From Rhodospirillaceae bacterium (GTDB lineage Bacteria > Pseudomonadota > Alphaproteobacteria > CACIAM-22H2): a stretch of DNA of 64,000 bases. The position numbers and the translations under genes are program-made. Below the pieces are notes generated by a model. It did no database searches. It was not told the DNA's origin and was given only the letters and a program-made list of their open reading frames with translations. Within the stretch, counting starts at the first letter, position 1, and every line of letters starts with the position of its first letter. The stretch lies in assembly GCA_009694125.1 (NCBI GenBank), contig SHVT01000001.1, positions 6,105 through 70,104 on the forward strand, in the 5' to 3' direction. This document shows positions 48,807 to 59,404 of this stretch, piece by piece.

Positions 48807-49691
48807 TTGGATGACTTGTTGCCGATCCAACCGGCACCTGCCCAAGCAAGGAACCGGCCCATGATGATCGCCGGCGAAGACCTGACCTCGACCGAACCGC
48901 CCAAGTCTCTTGGTGCGGGCCCCCTTGAAGTGCGGCTGGCGGCGGATGCGGCCGAAATCGAGGCCGCCCAGGCCCTGCGTTACCGCGTATTCTACGAAGA
49001 AATGACGGCACGCCCTTCGCCGGAGATGGCCGCCCGGCGCCGCGACCACGATGCATTCGACGACTTTTGCGATCATCTTCTGGTCATCGACACGTCGCTT
49101 CCTCTGCGGGCTTCGGCCGTGGTTGGAACCTATCGGCTGTTGCGGCGAAATGTTGCTCTTCGGCATTCCGGTTTTTATTCGTCGGCGGAATACGACATTT
49201 CCGCCTTGTTGGACTATCCGGGCGAAATCTTGGAATTGGGCCGATCCTGCGTGGACGCCGCCTATCGCAGCCGCGCGACCATGCAACTCCTGTGGCGAGG
49301 TATCTCCAGCTATATCTCCCGCCACGGCGTCGGGTTGATGTTCGGCTGCGCGAGCCTGCCCGGTACCCAGCCCCGAGACCTCGCGCTTCCTCTATCGTAT
49401 CTCCACCACCGCCACCTGGCCCCTCCCGCGCTTCGCCCTCGCGCTCTGCCGGAACGGTATGTGGGCATGAATTTCATGGATTCCACGGATTTCGACCCGC
49501 GCGTGGCGCTTTCGACTTTGCCGCCGTTGATCAAGGGCTACCTTCGACTGGGCGGCTTCGTGGGGGACGGCGCGGTGATCGACTATCAATTCAATACCAC
49601 CGATGTCTGTGTTGTCGTGAAGACCGACCTCGTGACCGAGAAATACTCCCGGCACTATCAGCGCTCCGCCCAAGAAACTTGGGTCGCGTGA
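48807..49691 (+). CDS. olsB: Ornithine lipid N-acyltransferase (OlsB-like GNAT)
   Basis: AQALRYRVFYEEM, D.FD..CDHLLV, ELGRSCV, LPPLIKGYLRLG; start may be 48861. Confidence 0.82.
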   Translation: MDDLLPIQPAPAQARNRPMMIAGEDLTSTEPPKSLGAGPLEVRLAADAAEIEAAQALRYRVFYEEMTARPSPEMAARRRDHDAFDDFCDHLLVIDTSLPLRASAVVGTYRLLRRNVALRHSGFYSSAEYDISALLDYPGEILELGRSCVDAAYRSRATMQLLWRGISSYISRHGVGLMFGCASLPGTQPRDLALPLSYLHHRHLAPPALRPRALPERYVGMNFMDSTDFDPRVALSTLPPLIKGYLRLGGFVGDGAVIDYQFNTTDVCVVVKTDLVTEKYSRHYQRSAQETWVA

Positions 49692-49715
49692 TTTCGGATC
49701 GAAGCGATTGGCGCC

Positions 49716-50540
49716 ATGAAGGGTTCGGTGCTGAGGGCGATCTGGCGCGCAGTGGCCTACTTTGCCCTGTCATTGGCGCTGATCTGGATTCAGGCTCTCG
49801 CCGTCTTATTCAACCACCCCATTGCCGCGCGATTACCCGTCATTTATCACCGATGGTGTTGTCGGATTCTCGGATTCACCATTGAAACGCGCGGACAGAT
49901 GTCGGCCGAACGGCCAACCCTTTTCGTCGCCAACCACACCTCTTACACGGATATGACGATTCTCGGCGCGCTGATCGAGGGTTCGTTCGTCGGCAAACGC
50001 GAAATCGCAAGCTGGCCTTGGTTCGGCATACTCGCGAAACTTCAGCGTACGGTCTTCGTCGACCGCACACGGCGCCTGGCCGCCGGGACCCAACGCGATG
50101 AAATGTCGGTGCGGCTGCTTGGCGGCGAAAACCTTATCCTTTTTCCCGAAGGTACGAGCCATGACGGCACTCACATCTTGCCGTTCAAAAGCGCGCTGCT
50201 GGCCGTTGCGGAACGCGAGGTCAGCGGGCGCAAGATCGCCGTCCAGCCGGTGACAATCGCCTATAGGTTGTTGGGCGGCGTGCCGCTCGGTCGTATCGGC
50301 CGGGCCATGGTGGCATGGTATGGCGACATGGGGCTTGCCGCGCATTTGATGCGCCTTCTTGGGTTGGGTCGGCTGACCATCAGCGTCGCTTTCCACGCAC
50401 CGATCACCATCGACGCGTTTGGCTCGCGCAAGGCTCTGGCCGAACATTGTCGCCAAGTAATTGCTGACGGACTGGCGCTTGCCCTTTCCGGCCGCGAGGC
50501 GGTGCCCGGGCCGGGTTTGACCCCGGCCCCGCAACCTTGA
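49716..50540 (+). CDS. Lysophospholipid / lyso-ornithine lipid acyltransferase (OlsA/PlsC-like)
   Basis: NHTSYTD, FVDR, FPEGT, WYGDM. Confidence 0.88.
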   Translation: MKGSVLRAIWRAVAYFALSLALIWIQALAVLFNHPIAARLPVIYHRWCCRILGFTIETRGQMSAERPTLFVANHTSYTDMTILGALIEGSFVGKREIASWPWFGILAKLQRTVFVDRTRRLAAGTQRDEMSVRLLGGENLILFPEGTSHDGTHILPFKSALLAVAEREVSGRKIAVQPVTIAYRLLGGVPLGRIGRAMVAWYGDMGLAAHLMRLLGLGRLTISVAFHAPITIDAFGSRKALAEHCRQVIADGLALALSGREAVPGPGLTPAPQP

Positions 50541-50644
50541 CAGCAAGGGGCCGAGTGGTAGTGTTTGCCGCTGGGCTCGATAACATTCGACGATTGAACC
50601 GGCCGTCCGCCGGCAAATCTCCGGCGTCGGACCGAAGGGTAAGC

Positions 50645-52039
50645 TTGGCGAAAAGTCTCTTCATCAAGACCTATGGCTGCCAGATGAATGAGTATGACTC
50701 CGCTCGCATGGCGGATGTCATGGTCCCTCTGGGTTATCGCCAAGTCGGCCGGATCGGCGACGCGGACCTCATCATTTTGAATACCTGCCACATTCGCGAG
50801 AAGGCGGCAGAGAAGGTCTTTTCCGAGCTCGGGAGGATTCGCGAAGTCAAGGTCGCGGGGCAACTGACGGGTCGCCGCGTCCTGATCGCGGTTGCCGGGT
50901 GCGTGGCCCAGGCCGAGGGCAATGAAATCATCCGCCGCGCGCCCTACGTGGATCTGCTCATCGGGCCGCAGACCTATCATCGGCTGCCCGAAATGGTGAT
51001 ACGGGCGTTGAGTTTGCCGCATGGCGGAACGATCGCCGACACGGAGTTCCCGCTCGAGGTCAAGTTCGATCGGCTGCCTGAGGAATCGGCGCCGCGAGGC
51101 GTTGCCGCTTATCTCACGGTTCAGGAAGGCTGCGACAAGTTTTGCACTTTCTGCGTGGTGCCCTATACGCGCGGCGCCGAATACTCACGCCCGGCCGCGG
51201 ACGTTGAAAGCGAGGCCCGCCGCTTGGTGCGTGCTGGCGCCATGGAAATCACGTTGCTTGGTCAGAACGTCAATGCCTATCGCACGGCGGTTCCAGGCGA
51301 TCGCGATATGACTCTAGGCCGCCTCATCCGCCGATTGGCGGCGATCGAGGGGCTGGAGCGGCTCCGCTACACGACATCGCACCCGCGCGACATGAATGAC
51401 GACCTTATCGAGGCGCATGCGGAGGAACCCAAACTCATGCCCTTTTTGCATCTTCCCGCCCAATCGGGATCGGATCGCATTCTCGCGGCCATGAACCGCC
51501 GCCATGGGGCCGCGGATTATTTGAGTGTCGTCGAACGCCTGCGTGCCGCGCGGCCGGACATTGCCCTATCGTCGGATTTCATCGTTGGCTACCCCGGTGA
51601 AACCGAGGCCGATTTTGAGCACACGCTCGCCCTGGTGCGCGAGGTCGGCTACGCCCAGGCTTTTTCATTCAAATACAGCGCGAGGCCCGGTACACCCGCG
51701 GCCGAAAGCAATGAAAGCGTTCCCGAAGAGGTAAAGGACGAGCGCCTTGCTCGATTGCAAGCGCTGCTGGCCGATCAAAGGACCGATTTCAACAACGCCA
51801 CCGTGGATCGGGAGCTTGACGTGCTTTTCGAAAGACCGGGTCGCCTTCCCGGCCAATTGTCGGGACGCTCGCCCTATTTGCAAGGTGTGCATGTCGAGGG
51901 ACCGCCGGCGTATATCGGCAAAGTGGGGCGTGTGCGTATCGAGGCGGCTACCCCCGGCAGCCTGTCGGGAAGGCTGCGCCATCCATCGGTTTCGGCGGGC
52001 GGCCGCGGCGAACTTGGTCTGGCGAGTCCAGCCGCGTGA
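50645..52039 (+). CDS. miaB: tRNA-2-methylthio-N6-dimethylallyladenosine synthase
   Basis: [44 protein letters not shown]-like C-terminus. Confidence 0.96.
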   Translation: MAKSLFIKTYGCQMNEYDSARMADVMVPLGYRQVGRIGDADLIILNTCHIREKAAEKVFSELGRIREVKVAGQLTGRRVLIAVAGCVAQAEGNEIIRRAPYVDLLIGPQTYHRLPEMVIRALSLPHGGTIADTEFPLEVKFDRLPEESAPRGVAAYLTVQEGCDKFCTFCVVPYTRGAEYSRPAADVESEARRLVRAGAMEITLLGQNVNAYRTAVPGDRDMTLGRLIRRLAAIEGLERLRYTTSHPRDMNDDLIEAHAEEPKLMPFLHLPAQSGSDRILAAMNRRHGAADYLSVVERLRAARPDIALSSDFIVGYPGETEADFEHTLALVREVGYAQAFSFKYSARPGTPAAESNESVPEEVKDERLARLQALLADQRTDFNNATVDRELDVLFERPGRLPGQLSGRSPYLQGVHVEGPPAYIGKVGRVRIEAATPGSLSGRLRHPSVSAGGRGELGLASPAA

Positions 52040-53058
52040 CGACGCTTTCTCGGCGCTCTGGATCGAATAGCCCGGACGCCGCCCCGATTCATCTGCAATT
52101 CGACGACAACACATTACTGGCGCCGCTTTACGGTGAACACGATAGGCATCTTGCGCGGATCGAGCAGCGGCTCGGAGTCAGCCTCCGCTCGCGCGGCAAC
52201 CGGCTGGCGATTTCGGGCCCACAACAGGCCAGCGCCGCTGCCAAGGCGGCGCTTGGCGCGCTTTACGATCGGTTGAAGCACGGTCAACCCGTCGACCTGG
52301 GCGAGGTGGAGGCGGCAATACGCCTAGCGACGTCCGTGCCGGGAGAGGGTGCAAGCGACGCGGCGGGCGACGACGTGGCCTTCCGCACCAAGAAGCGCAA
52401 CATCGTTCCGCGATCGGCCAATCAACTGGCCTATGCGCGCGCGCTCCGCGACTATGAATTGGTCTTCGCTCTCGGGCCGGCCGGGACCGGCAAGACCTAC
52501 CTCGCGGTCGCTCAGGCCGTGACCATGCTGCTGTCGGGTCAGGTCGATCGCATCATCTTGTCGCGCCCCGCGGTGGAGGCTGGCGAAAGACTTGGCTTTC
52601 TTCCCGGCGATCTCAGGGAGAAGGTCGATCCCTATCTGCGGCCGCTATACGACGCTCTCCACGACATGTTGCCCGGCGATCAGGTGTTGAAGCGGCTTGC
52701 GCTCGGCGAGATCGAGGTCGCGCCACTCGCATTCATGCGCGGCCGAACCCTGGCCAATTCCTTTGTCATCCTGGATGAGGCGCAGAACACAACGCCCGTT
52801 CAGATGAAGATGTTCTTGACGAGGCTCGGTGAACATTCCCGGATGGTGGTTACCGGCGATCCCAGTCAAATCGACCTTCCCGAGGGGGTCGATTCGGGTC
52901 TGCGCGACGCCTTGGGCGCTCTCAACGGACTTCAGGGGGCGGCCTTCATCCACTTCACCGATGTGGATATCATGCGCCATCCCCTCGTGACACGTATCGT
53001 TCGTGCCTATCAGGATCAGGCGCAGCAGCGGGGCAAACCGGGGCGTCCATCAACATGA
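52036..53058 (+). CDS. phoH: PhoH-like ATPase
   Basis: [34 protein letters not shown]. Confidence 0.94.
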   Translation: MTTLSRRSGSNSPDAAPIHLQFDDNTLLAPLYGEHDRHLARIEQRLGVSLRSRGNRLAISGPQQASAAAKAALGALYDRLKHGQPVDLGEVEAAIRLATSVPGEGASDAAGDDVAFRTKKRNIVPRSANQLAYARALRDYELVFALGPAGTGKTYLAVAQAVTMLLSGQVDRIILSRPAVEAGERLGFLPGDLREKVDPYLRPLYDALHDMLPGDQVLKRLALGEIEVAPLAFMRGRTLANSFVILDEAQNTTPVQMKMFLTRLGEHSRMVVTGDPSQIDLPEGVDSGLRDALGALNGLQGAAFIHFTDVDIMRHPLVTRIVRAYQDQAQQRGKPGRPST

Positions 53059-53570
53059 AAGGCGACACGAGGCGCCAATCAACGCGAAGGAATCGCATCG
53101 CCGTCCGCGTTTTGGATGGCGCGTGGAAGCAGGCCTTGCCGGCGCCCGCCGTAAAGTGCCGGCGGTTCGCCGCGGCCGCGTTGCGAACCATCGACCCCAA
53201 GGATGCCATCGAACTATGCATCGTCCTCGCCGACGATGGATTTGTGCGCGACCTAAACCGCGCCTGGCGCGGCCAGGACCGCCCGACCAACGTGTTGTCC
53301 TTTCCCGCCGGCGAGCCCCACCCCGATGGAAGCGCCGCGGAGCCGACGAACCTCGGCGACGTTGTCGTGGCTCTTGGCACGACGGCGCGCGAGGCCGCGG
53401 CGCAGGGCAAGACGTTGTCGGATCACCTTGCTCATTTGGTTGTCCATGGCGTGCTTCATCTTTTCGGCCACGACCACGTGAAGGCGCGTGCGGCGGCGGC
53501 GATGGAGCGTATGGAGGTGAGCATTCTCGCGGGGCTCGGCGTCGCCAATCCCTATGCGGCGGCGGCGTGA
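53055..53570 (+). CDS. ybeY: rRNA maturation RNase YbeY
   Basis: PTNVLSFP, HGVLHLFGHDH. Confidence 0.95.
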   Translation: MKGDTRRQSTRRNRIAVRVLDGAWKQALPAPAVKCRRFAAAALRTIDPKDAIELCIVLADDGFVRDLNRAWRGQDRPTNVLSFPAGEPHPDGSAAEPTNLGDVVVALGTTAREAAAQGKTLSDHLAHLVVHGVLHLFGHDHVKARAAAAMERMEVSILAGLGVANPYAAAA

Positions 53571-53578
53571 TCCGGGCG

Positions 53579-54475
53579 ATGGCGGAGACTCCCACGACTC
53601 AGCCGGATGCCACCGGCGGCGAAGAACAACCCGCCAGTTGGCGCGTGTTCGAGTGGCTGCGACCATCGCGGCGCCCGCGGCAGCCGGAGGCATCGCCGCG
53701 CGAGACGCTGGAAGAATTGATTGAAAAGCGTGAAGAGGCTCAGATACCGATCAGCGCCGACGAAAAGGCTCTCCTCGGCAACATCCTCAAATTGGTCGGT
53801 CTCAGCGCGGCGGACATCATGGTGCCGCGCGCCGATATCGTCGCGGTGGAGATCGACACCCCCCTGCCCGAATTGCTGCAACTTATTCGGCGTGAGGCGC
53901 ATTCGCGCTTTCCCGTCTACAGGGGCACGCTCGACGAGGTCGTCGGCATGGTCCACATCAAGGATGTGTTGCGGTTTTGGGGCGACGAACCGCGTTTCAA
54001 ACTCGCCGACATCGTGCGCAAGGTTCTGTTCGCGGCGCCTTCGATGCGCGTGCGCGATCTGTTGCTCGAGATGCGGGCCACGCGCATTCACATGGCTTTG
54101 GTCGTCGATGAATATGGCGGCATCGACGGGTTGGTCACAATCGAGGATCTCGTCGAAGAAATCGTCGGCGATATCGAGGACGAGCACGATGTCGCCGAGG
54201 GTCCCCGGCTGGTGGCGCAGCCCGATGGCAGCATCGTGGCCGACGCGCGCGCAACCATCGAGGAGTTCGAGGAAAAACTGGGGCCGATCCTGACCGCGGA
54301 AGAACGAGAGGGTGAGTTCGATACGGTTGGCGGCATGGTTGTCGCCTTGGCCGGCCGAGTACCCAGCCGCGGCGAAGTCATCGGCCATCCGGCCGGAATC
54401 GAATTTGAAGTGCTCGACGCCGATCCGCGTCGCGTGAAGCGCCTGTGTGTTCGGCGAAACCGGCCGCATCGCTGA
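53579..54475 (+). CDS. CBS/CorC domain protein (HlyC/CorC family)
   Basis: IMVPR, HSRFPVY, VVDEYGG..GLVTIEDLVEEIVGDIEDEHD. Confidence 0.92.
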   Translation: MAETPTTQPDATGGEEQPASWRVFEWLRPSRRPRQPEASPRETLEELIEKREEAQIPISADEKALLGNILKLVGLSAADIMVPRADIVAVEIDTPLPELLQLIRREAHSRFPVYRGTLDEVVGMVHIKDVLRFWGDEPRFKLADIVRKVLFAAPSMRVRDLLLEMRATRIHMALVVDEYGGIDGLVTIEDLVEEIVGDIEDEHDVAEGPRLVAQPDGSIVADARATIEEFEEKLGPILTAEEREGEFDTVGGMVVALAGRVPSRGEVIGHPAGIEFEVLDADPRRVKRLCVRRNRPHR

Positions 54476-56022
54476 ACCGCGCAGCCGCGTTCGTGCGTGA
54501 AGTGGCGGGTTGGCGCCGGGCCGCGCTGGCCTGCGGTGCCGGTGTCGCGTCGACTCTGGCCCTGCCGCCGCTTCATCTGCTGCCCTTCTTGTTCGTGGCA
54601 TTCGTCGTCCTCGTCTTGTTGATCGAGGCAAGTCCATCTGCGCGTGCGGCCTTCGCGCTGGGCTGGTGGTTCGGTGTCGGTCAGTTCGCGAGCGGCCTCT
54701 ATTGGATTGCCCACGCATTGCTGGTCGACGCCGAGCGCTTCGGATGGCTCGTGCCGTTTGCCGTCGGCGGCCTCTCCGCGGGGCTCGCGATCTTCACCGC
54801 GATCGCGGTCGTGCTCGCCCGGTCGCTGGGTAAACGAGGTGAGGCCCTCGTGGTCGCTTTGGCCGCGTCTTGGGCGGCGATGGAATGGCTCCGGGGCACG
54901 ATCCTTACCGGGTTTCCCTGGAATCCGATGTCCAGCGCATGGATCGAATCGACAGCGGTGGCGCAGTCGGCCGCCCTATTTGGGGCCTACGGCTTGAGCC
55001 TCGTCACGGTCCAGGTCGCCGCCGCGCCGGCGACCCTGGCGGCATCCGCCGGCGCGCGGCCATGGTCGCGACTGCGCCCCACCGTTCTTGCCGCTCTTGT
55101 GTTGGCGACGTTGCATATCGGCGGCTGGATGCGGATTGCCGACGTCGAGGACTCGCTTGTCCCCGGCATTCGCCTCCGCATCGTTCAGGGCAACATCGAA
55201 CAGGCGTTGAAATGGCGGCCCGAGCAGGCGGAAGCGAGCTTTCAGCGCTACTTGAGGCTTTCGGCGTCGCTTTCCGATCTTCCCGTCACACACGTCATTT
55301 GGCCCGAGACCGCGGCGCCAATTCTGTTAACGGGCGATCCGGTACGCCGCGCCGCCATCGGCGCCGTGGTTCCGCCCGGCGGTCTGGCCCTTATCGGCGT
55401 GATACGGGCCGAGTTCGAAGGCGGTCGCGTTCAACGTGCTTGGAATAGCCTTCAGGCGCTCGACCCTGCCGGAAGCATCGTGGGCACCTACGACAAGTTT
55501 CATCTCGTCCCCTTCGGGGAATACATGCCCTTCCGCGCGTATCTCGCGGGATTCGAGTTTATTCCCGGTTCGCTTGATTTCTCCACCGGTCCGGGCGTGG
55601 TGACGCTCGACCTGCCCGGGTTGCCAGCCGTCGGTCCCCTTATCTGCTACGAGGTCATCTTTCCCGGCGAAGTCGTAAACCCCGATCGGCGGCCGATGTG
55701 GTTGCTTAATCTCACGAACGATGCCTGGTTCGGACACTCGAGCGGCCCGTACCAACATCTTGCCAGTGCGCGAATGCGCGCGATCGAAGAAGGACTGCCG
55801 CTTGTTCGCGCCGCCAACACCGGTATTTCGGCGGTCATCGACCCTTATGGCCGGGTCGTCGCGAGCCTGGGTCTGGGTCGCGAAGGCATCATCGATTCCG
55901 CCCTGCCTAGGCCCCTCGCTAGCCTCACGATGTTCGCGTCATACGGGAATTGGATAACCGGCGTTCTGATTGCGGCGATGGCCCTCGTCGCGGCTTGGGC
56001 CGGGCGCAGACCCAAGAGTTGA
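54445..56022 (+). CDS. lnt: Apolipoprotein N-acyltransferase
   Basis: TGFPW, WPETA, YDKFHLVPFGE, ICYE, TNDAWF, RAANTGIS; start uncertain. Confidence 0.94.
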   Translation: MCSAKPAASLNRAAAFVREVAGWRRAALACGAGVASTLALPPLHLLPFLFVAFVVLVLLIEASPSARAAFALGWWFGVGQFASGLYWIAHALLVDAERFGWLVPFAVGGLSAGLAIFTAIAVVLARSLGKRGEALVVALAASWAAMEWLRGTILTGFPWNPMSSAWIESTAVAQSAALFGAYGLSLVTVQVAAAPATLAASAGARPWSRLRPTVLAALVLATLHIGGWMRIADVEDSLVPGIRLRIVQGNIEQALKWRPEQAEASFQRYLRLSASLSDLPVTHVIWPETAAPILLTGDPVRRAAIGAVVPPGGLALIGVIRAEFEGGRVQRAWNSLQALDPAGSIVGTYDKFHLVPFGEYMPFRAYLAGFEFIPGSLDFSTGPGVVTLDLPGLPAVGPLICYEVIFPGEVVNPDRRPMWLLNLTNDAWFGHSSGPYQHLASARMRAIEEGLPLVRAANTGISAVIDPYGRVVASLGLGREGIIDSALPRPLASLTMFASYGNWITGVLIAAMALVAAWAGRRPKS

Positions 56023-56149
56023 TGAATATCATACCTTGCGCCCAACCCCATTAGGTTGCATGCCGCTGAACTTAAGTTGATATTGACCCTCTACAACCCA
56101 AAGGATTAAAGGTTGTCCCTCTTTCATCAAATGGTTGGACCGGTGTTTC

Positions 56150-56629
56150 ATGAATGCAGCCACGCTTCGCACCCGTCGCGGACGCGGCGGTCGTGCCCTT
56201 AATGGCCGACCCAATCCGATCGATGTGTATGTCGGAAGCCGGGTGCGTCTGCGGCGCGCGCAGCAGCGGATGAGCCAGGAAAGATTGGGCCAGGCCATCG
56301 GCCTCAGCTTTCAGCAGGTCCAAAAATACGAGCGAGGGGCCAACCGTGTTGGCGCCAGTCGCTTGTACGAACTCAGCCGCGTTCTCGACGTGCAGGTGTC
56401 TTATTTCTTCGAGGACATGCCGGACGAGGCCACCTCTCGCGGTAAAGGCCATGCCGCCGCTAACGGCAACGGCGAAGCCCACGAGACAGATCCGATGACC
56501 CGTCGCGAAACCCTGGGGCTGGTCCGCGCCTATTACCGCATCGTGGAGCCGAAGGTTCGCAAGCGCGTCTTCGAGATGGTCAAGGCGGTGGCCAGCGTCA
56601 GCGCGCAGCCCGTCAAGAAGCGCGCCTAA
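56150..56629 (+). CDS. XRE-family HTH regulator (PhrR/PraR-like)
   Basis: PNPIDVYVGSRVR, SQERLG, FQQVQKYERGANRV; lnt-XRE-metK synteny. Confidence 0.9.
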   Translation: MNAATLRTRRGRGGRALNGRPNPIDVYVGSRVRLRRAQQRMSQERLGQAIGLSFQQVQKYERGANRVGASRLYELSRVLDVQVSYFFEDMPDEATSRGKGHAAANGNGEAHETDPMTRRETLGLVRAYYRIVEPKVRKRVFEMVKAVASVSAQPVKKRA

Positions 56630-56777
56630 CCAACTCGCCGGTTCTCCCAAATTGCGGCTCCGCGCACCGGCCCTCCGGCGGGCGGAGCATTCGGCTTGAC
56701 GCACCCGCGAAAGCTGGTAACAAGAGCCCCGCTGCGCGGTATCGCGCGCCGCCCAGTCGACGGCAGCGCCGGGGGAG

Positions 56778-57974
56778 ATGACAGTGCCGAAAGGCGATTT
56801 CGTATTCACCAGCGAATCGGTGTCCGAGGGGCACCCCGATAAGATCTGCGACCGCATTTCGGACTCGATCGTCGATCTGTTTCTGGCCGCCGACCCGATT
56901 TCGCGTGTCGCCTGCGAGACCCTTGCGACAACGAACCGCGTTGTCATCGCCGGCGAAGTCAGGGGGCCGCCGCCCTTGGTCGACCGCGCCGGTCACGTCG
57001 ACAAGGCGCGCCTGGAGCAGGTTGTCCGGACCGCGGTGCGCGAGATCGGGTACGACCAGGTGGGATTCGACTGGCAAAGGCTGGAGGTGGAGAACTACCT
57101 TCATTCGCAGTCGCCGGACATCGCACAGGGCGTTGATGCTAAGGGCAACAAGGACGAAGGCGCCGGCGATCAGGGAATCATGTTCGGCTTCGCCTGCGAT
57201 GAAACGCCTGAGTTGATGCCGGCGCCGATCCAATTCGCGCACAACATTCTCCGTGCGTTGTCGGAAGCCCGCCACGCCGGCCGCGAGCCGCTCCTGGGTC
57301 CCGATGCGAAGAGCCAAGTGACGCTGCAATATGTCAACGGCCGCCCGGCCAACTCGACGGCCATCGTCCTATCCACCCAACACAGCGAAAAAATCGGTCA
57401 GGACGAGGTCCGCGAGATCGTGCGGCCCTATGTGAACAAAGTGCTGCCCCATGGCTGGATGTGCAAAGAGGAACAATTCTACGTCAACCCCACCGGCAGA
57501 TTCGTCATTGGTGGTCCGGACGGAGACTGCGGGCTGACCGGGCGCAAGATCATTGTCGACACCTATGGCGGCGCCGCCCCGCACGGCGGCGGCGCGTTTT
57601 CGGGCAAGGATCCGACGAAGGTCGATCGCTCCGCCGCTTATGCCGCGCGATATCTTGCCAAGAACGTCGTCGCTTCCGGCCTGGCACAGCGTTGCCTCAT
57701 TCAACTCGCTTATGCCATCGGCGTTTCGCGACCCCTGTCCGTTTTTGTCGATACGCAAGGCACTGGCCAGGTCGATGAGGGGCGTTTGTCCAAGGTTCTT
57801 CAAGATCTCGTGGATTTGTCGCCGCGCGGCATCCGCGAACATCTGGGATTGAACCGGCCGATTTATGCCCGGACCTCCGCTTACGGCCATTTCGGCCGGG
57901 CGCCGGACAAGGATGGCGGTTTTTCGTGGGAGCGTCTCGATCTCGTCGGATCTCTCAAATCCGCCTGCGCTTGA
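56778..57974 (+). CDS. metK: S-adenosylmethionine synthase
   Basis: [28 protein letters not shown]. Confidence 0.98.
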   Translation: MTVPKGDFVFTSESVSEGHPDKICDRISDSIVDLFLAADPISRVACETLATTNRVVIAGEVRGPPPLVDRAGHVDKARLEQVVRTAVREIGYDQVGFDWQRLEVENYLHSQSPDIAQGVDAKGNKDEGAGDQGIMFGFACDETPELMPAPIQFAHNILRALSEARHAGREPLLGPDAKSQVTLQYVNGRPANSTAIVLSTQHSEKIGQDEVREIVRPYVNKVLPHGWMCKEEQFYVNPTGRFVIGGPDGDCGLTGRKIIVDTYGGAAPHGGGAFSGKDPTKVDRSAAYAARYLAKNVVASGLAQRCLIQLAYAIGVSRPLSVFVDTQGTGQVDEGRLSKVLQDLVDLSPRGIREHLGLNRPIYARTSAYGHFGRAPDKDGGFSWERLDLVGSLKSACA

Positions 57975-58689
57975 TGCTTCGCCGCCCGCGCGTCCGGTCT
58001 TTTATGGCCGCCGCCAGGGTCGCCGCCTTCGCCCCCATCGGGCGAAGCTGTGGGATACCCTGCTGCCAAATCTTAGGGTCGTCGTTCCCGCGGGTTCCGC
58101 GCGGATCGATCCCCGGTCGTTATTTGCTCCCCCGATTTCGGACGTATGGCTCGAAATCGGCTTTGGCGGCGGTGAACATATCGCGGCCCAGGCGGAGGCT
58201 AACCCGCAGGTCGGGTTGATCGGGGCCGAGCCATTCGTTAACGGCGTGGCCACGCTGCTGGCCCGGATCGACGAATTTCCGCTGGCGAATATCCGCATCT
58301 TTCCCGACGATGTGCGTCCGCTGCTGGCGGCGATCGAGGATGCGAGCATCGCGCGCGCCTTCATCCTGTTCCCCGACCCTTGGCCGAAGCTGCGCCACCA
58401 CCGAAGGCGGATCGTCGGTCCAGAGACGCTTGATGCCTTGGCTCGCATTCTGGTCGATGGCGCCGAACTGCGGCTGGCCACCGATCACCCCGGATATGTG
58501 CAGTGGATGTTGTGGCATCTCCTACGCCACCCTGCCTTCGCCTGGCGCGCGCGCTCACCCGCGGATTGGCGGCAACGGCCGGGGGATTGGCCCAAAACTC
58601 GATATGAAGCCAAGGCCCTTGCCGAGGGTAAAACGTGCACGTTCCTGACCTTCGAGCGCCTCGCGCGCCAGGGTGTCGGCCATCCCTGA
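57913..58689 (+). CDS. trmB: tRNA (guanine-N7)-methyltransferase
   Basis: [28 protein letters not shown]; start uncertain. Confidence 0.92.
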   Translation: MAVFRGSVSISSDLSNPPALDASPPARPVFYGRRQGRRLRPHRAKLWDTLLPNLRVVVPAGSARIDPRSLFAPPISDVWLEIGFGGGEHIAAQAEANPQVGLIGAEPFVNGVATLLARIDEFPLANIRIFPDDVRPLLAAIEDASIARAFILFPDPWPKLRHHRRRIVGPETLDALARILVDGAELRLATDHPGYVQWMLWHLLRHPAFAWRARSPADWRQRPGDWPKTRYEAKALAEGKTCTFLTFERLARQGVGHP

Positions 58690-58702
58690 AGCGGCGAAAG
58701 AC

Positions 58703-58731
58703 CTTGCAGTCGGCGCGGGAGTGACTATATT
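58703..58731 (+). promoter_or_regulatory. Probable promoter of the rimP-nusA-infB operon
   Basis: CTTGCAG-N16-TATATT upstream of the leader hairpin. Confidence 0.45.
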
Positions 58732-58775
58732 TTCCGCATAATCCCGTTTGATCCGTCACCACGATGGATTGGTTT

Positions 58776-58802
58776 AAGGGTGGGCAAAGGCCCGCCTTTT
58801 TT
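58776..58802 (+). terminator. rimP leader hairpin with U-tract
   Basis: AAGGGTGGGC-AAAG-GCCCGCCTTTTTT between the promoter and rimP. Confidence 0.7.
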
Positions 58803-58854
58803 GTTCGTGTCTCCCTAACGTGGCGGAGGAATGCGGAGCGAGGAGAATTTGGGC

Positions 58855-59352
58855 GTGACGGAATCGACGGAGAAGATCGAGCGGCTGGTGGCGCCGACCT
58901 TGCAATCGATGGGTTTCGATCTCGTCCGTGTATCGGTGTCCGGCGGGCGCCATCCGACCCTGCAGGTGATGGCCGAACGTCTCGACGGCGTGGCCATGAC
59001 GGTGGAAGATTGTGCGGCAATCAGCCGCGCTTTATCGGCCGGACTGGATGGCGAGGACCCATTGGTCGGGCCCTACACACTCGAAGTCAGCTCGCCGGGT
59101 ATCGACCGGCCACTCGTACGGCCGCAGGATTTCGCTCGGTTCAGTGGTTTTTTCGCTCGAATTGAGACCAATGAACCCGTCGACGGCCGGCGGCGGTTTT
59201 CGGGAAGATTGTTGGGGATCGCCGACGGGCTCGTTCGCGTGCGGCAGGACGACAAGGATGTGGAATTCAACTTCGCCGACATCAAACGGGCGAAGCTCAT
59301 GTTGATGGATGGTTTGATCGCGGCAGGCGAAAAAGGACGTCGTCCCGGCTAG
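58855..59352 (+). CDS. rimP: Ribosome maturation factor RimP
   Basis: LQVMAER, VEDCA..SR, YTLEVSSPGIDRPL. Confidence 0.95.
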   Translation: MTESTEKIERLVAPTLQSMGFDLVRVSVSGGRHPTLQVMAERLDGVAMTVEDCAAISRALSAGLDGEDPLVGPYTLEVSSPGIDRPLVRPQDFARFSGFFARIETNEPVDGRRRFSGRLLGIADGLVRVRQDDKDVEFNFADIKRAKLMLMDGLIAAGEKGRRPG

Positions 59353-59404
59353 TTGGTGTAATCAGTGGACCCCGCCGCATCGGCGTGGGCCGGAGTCGAG
59401 AAAG

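Noticed and set aside
56630..56777. SAM riboswitch upstream of metK
   Set aside because: No SAM-II or SAM-SAH consensus recognised; only a possible promoter TTGACG-N16-TAACAA.
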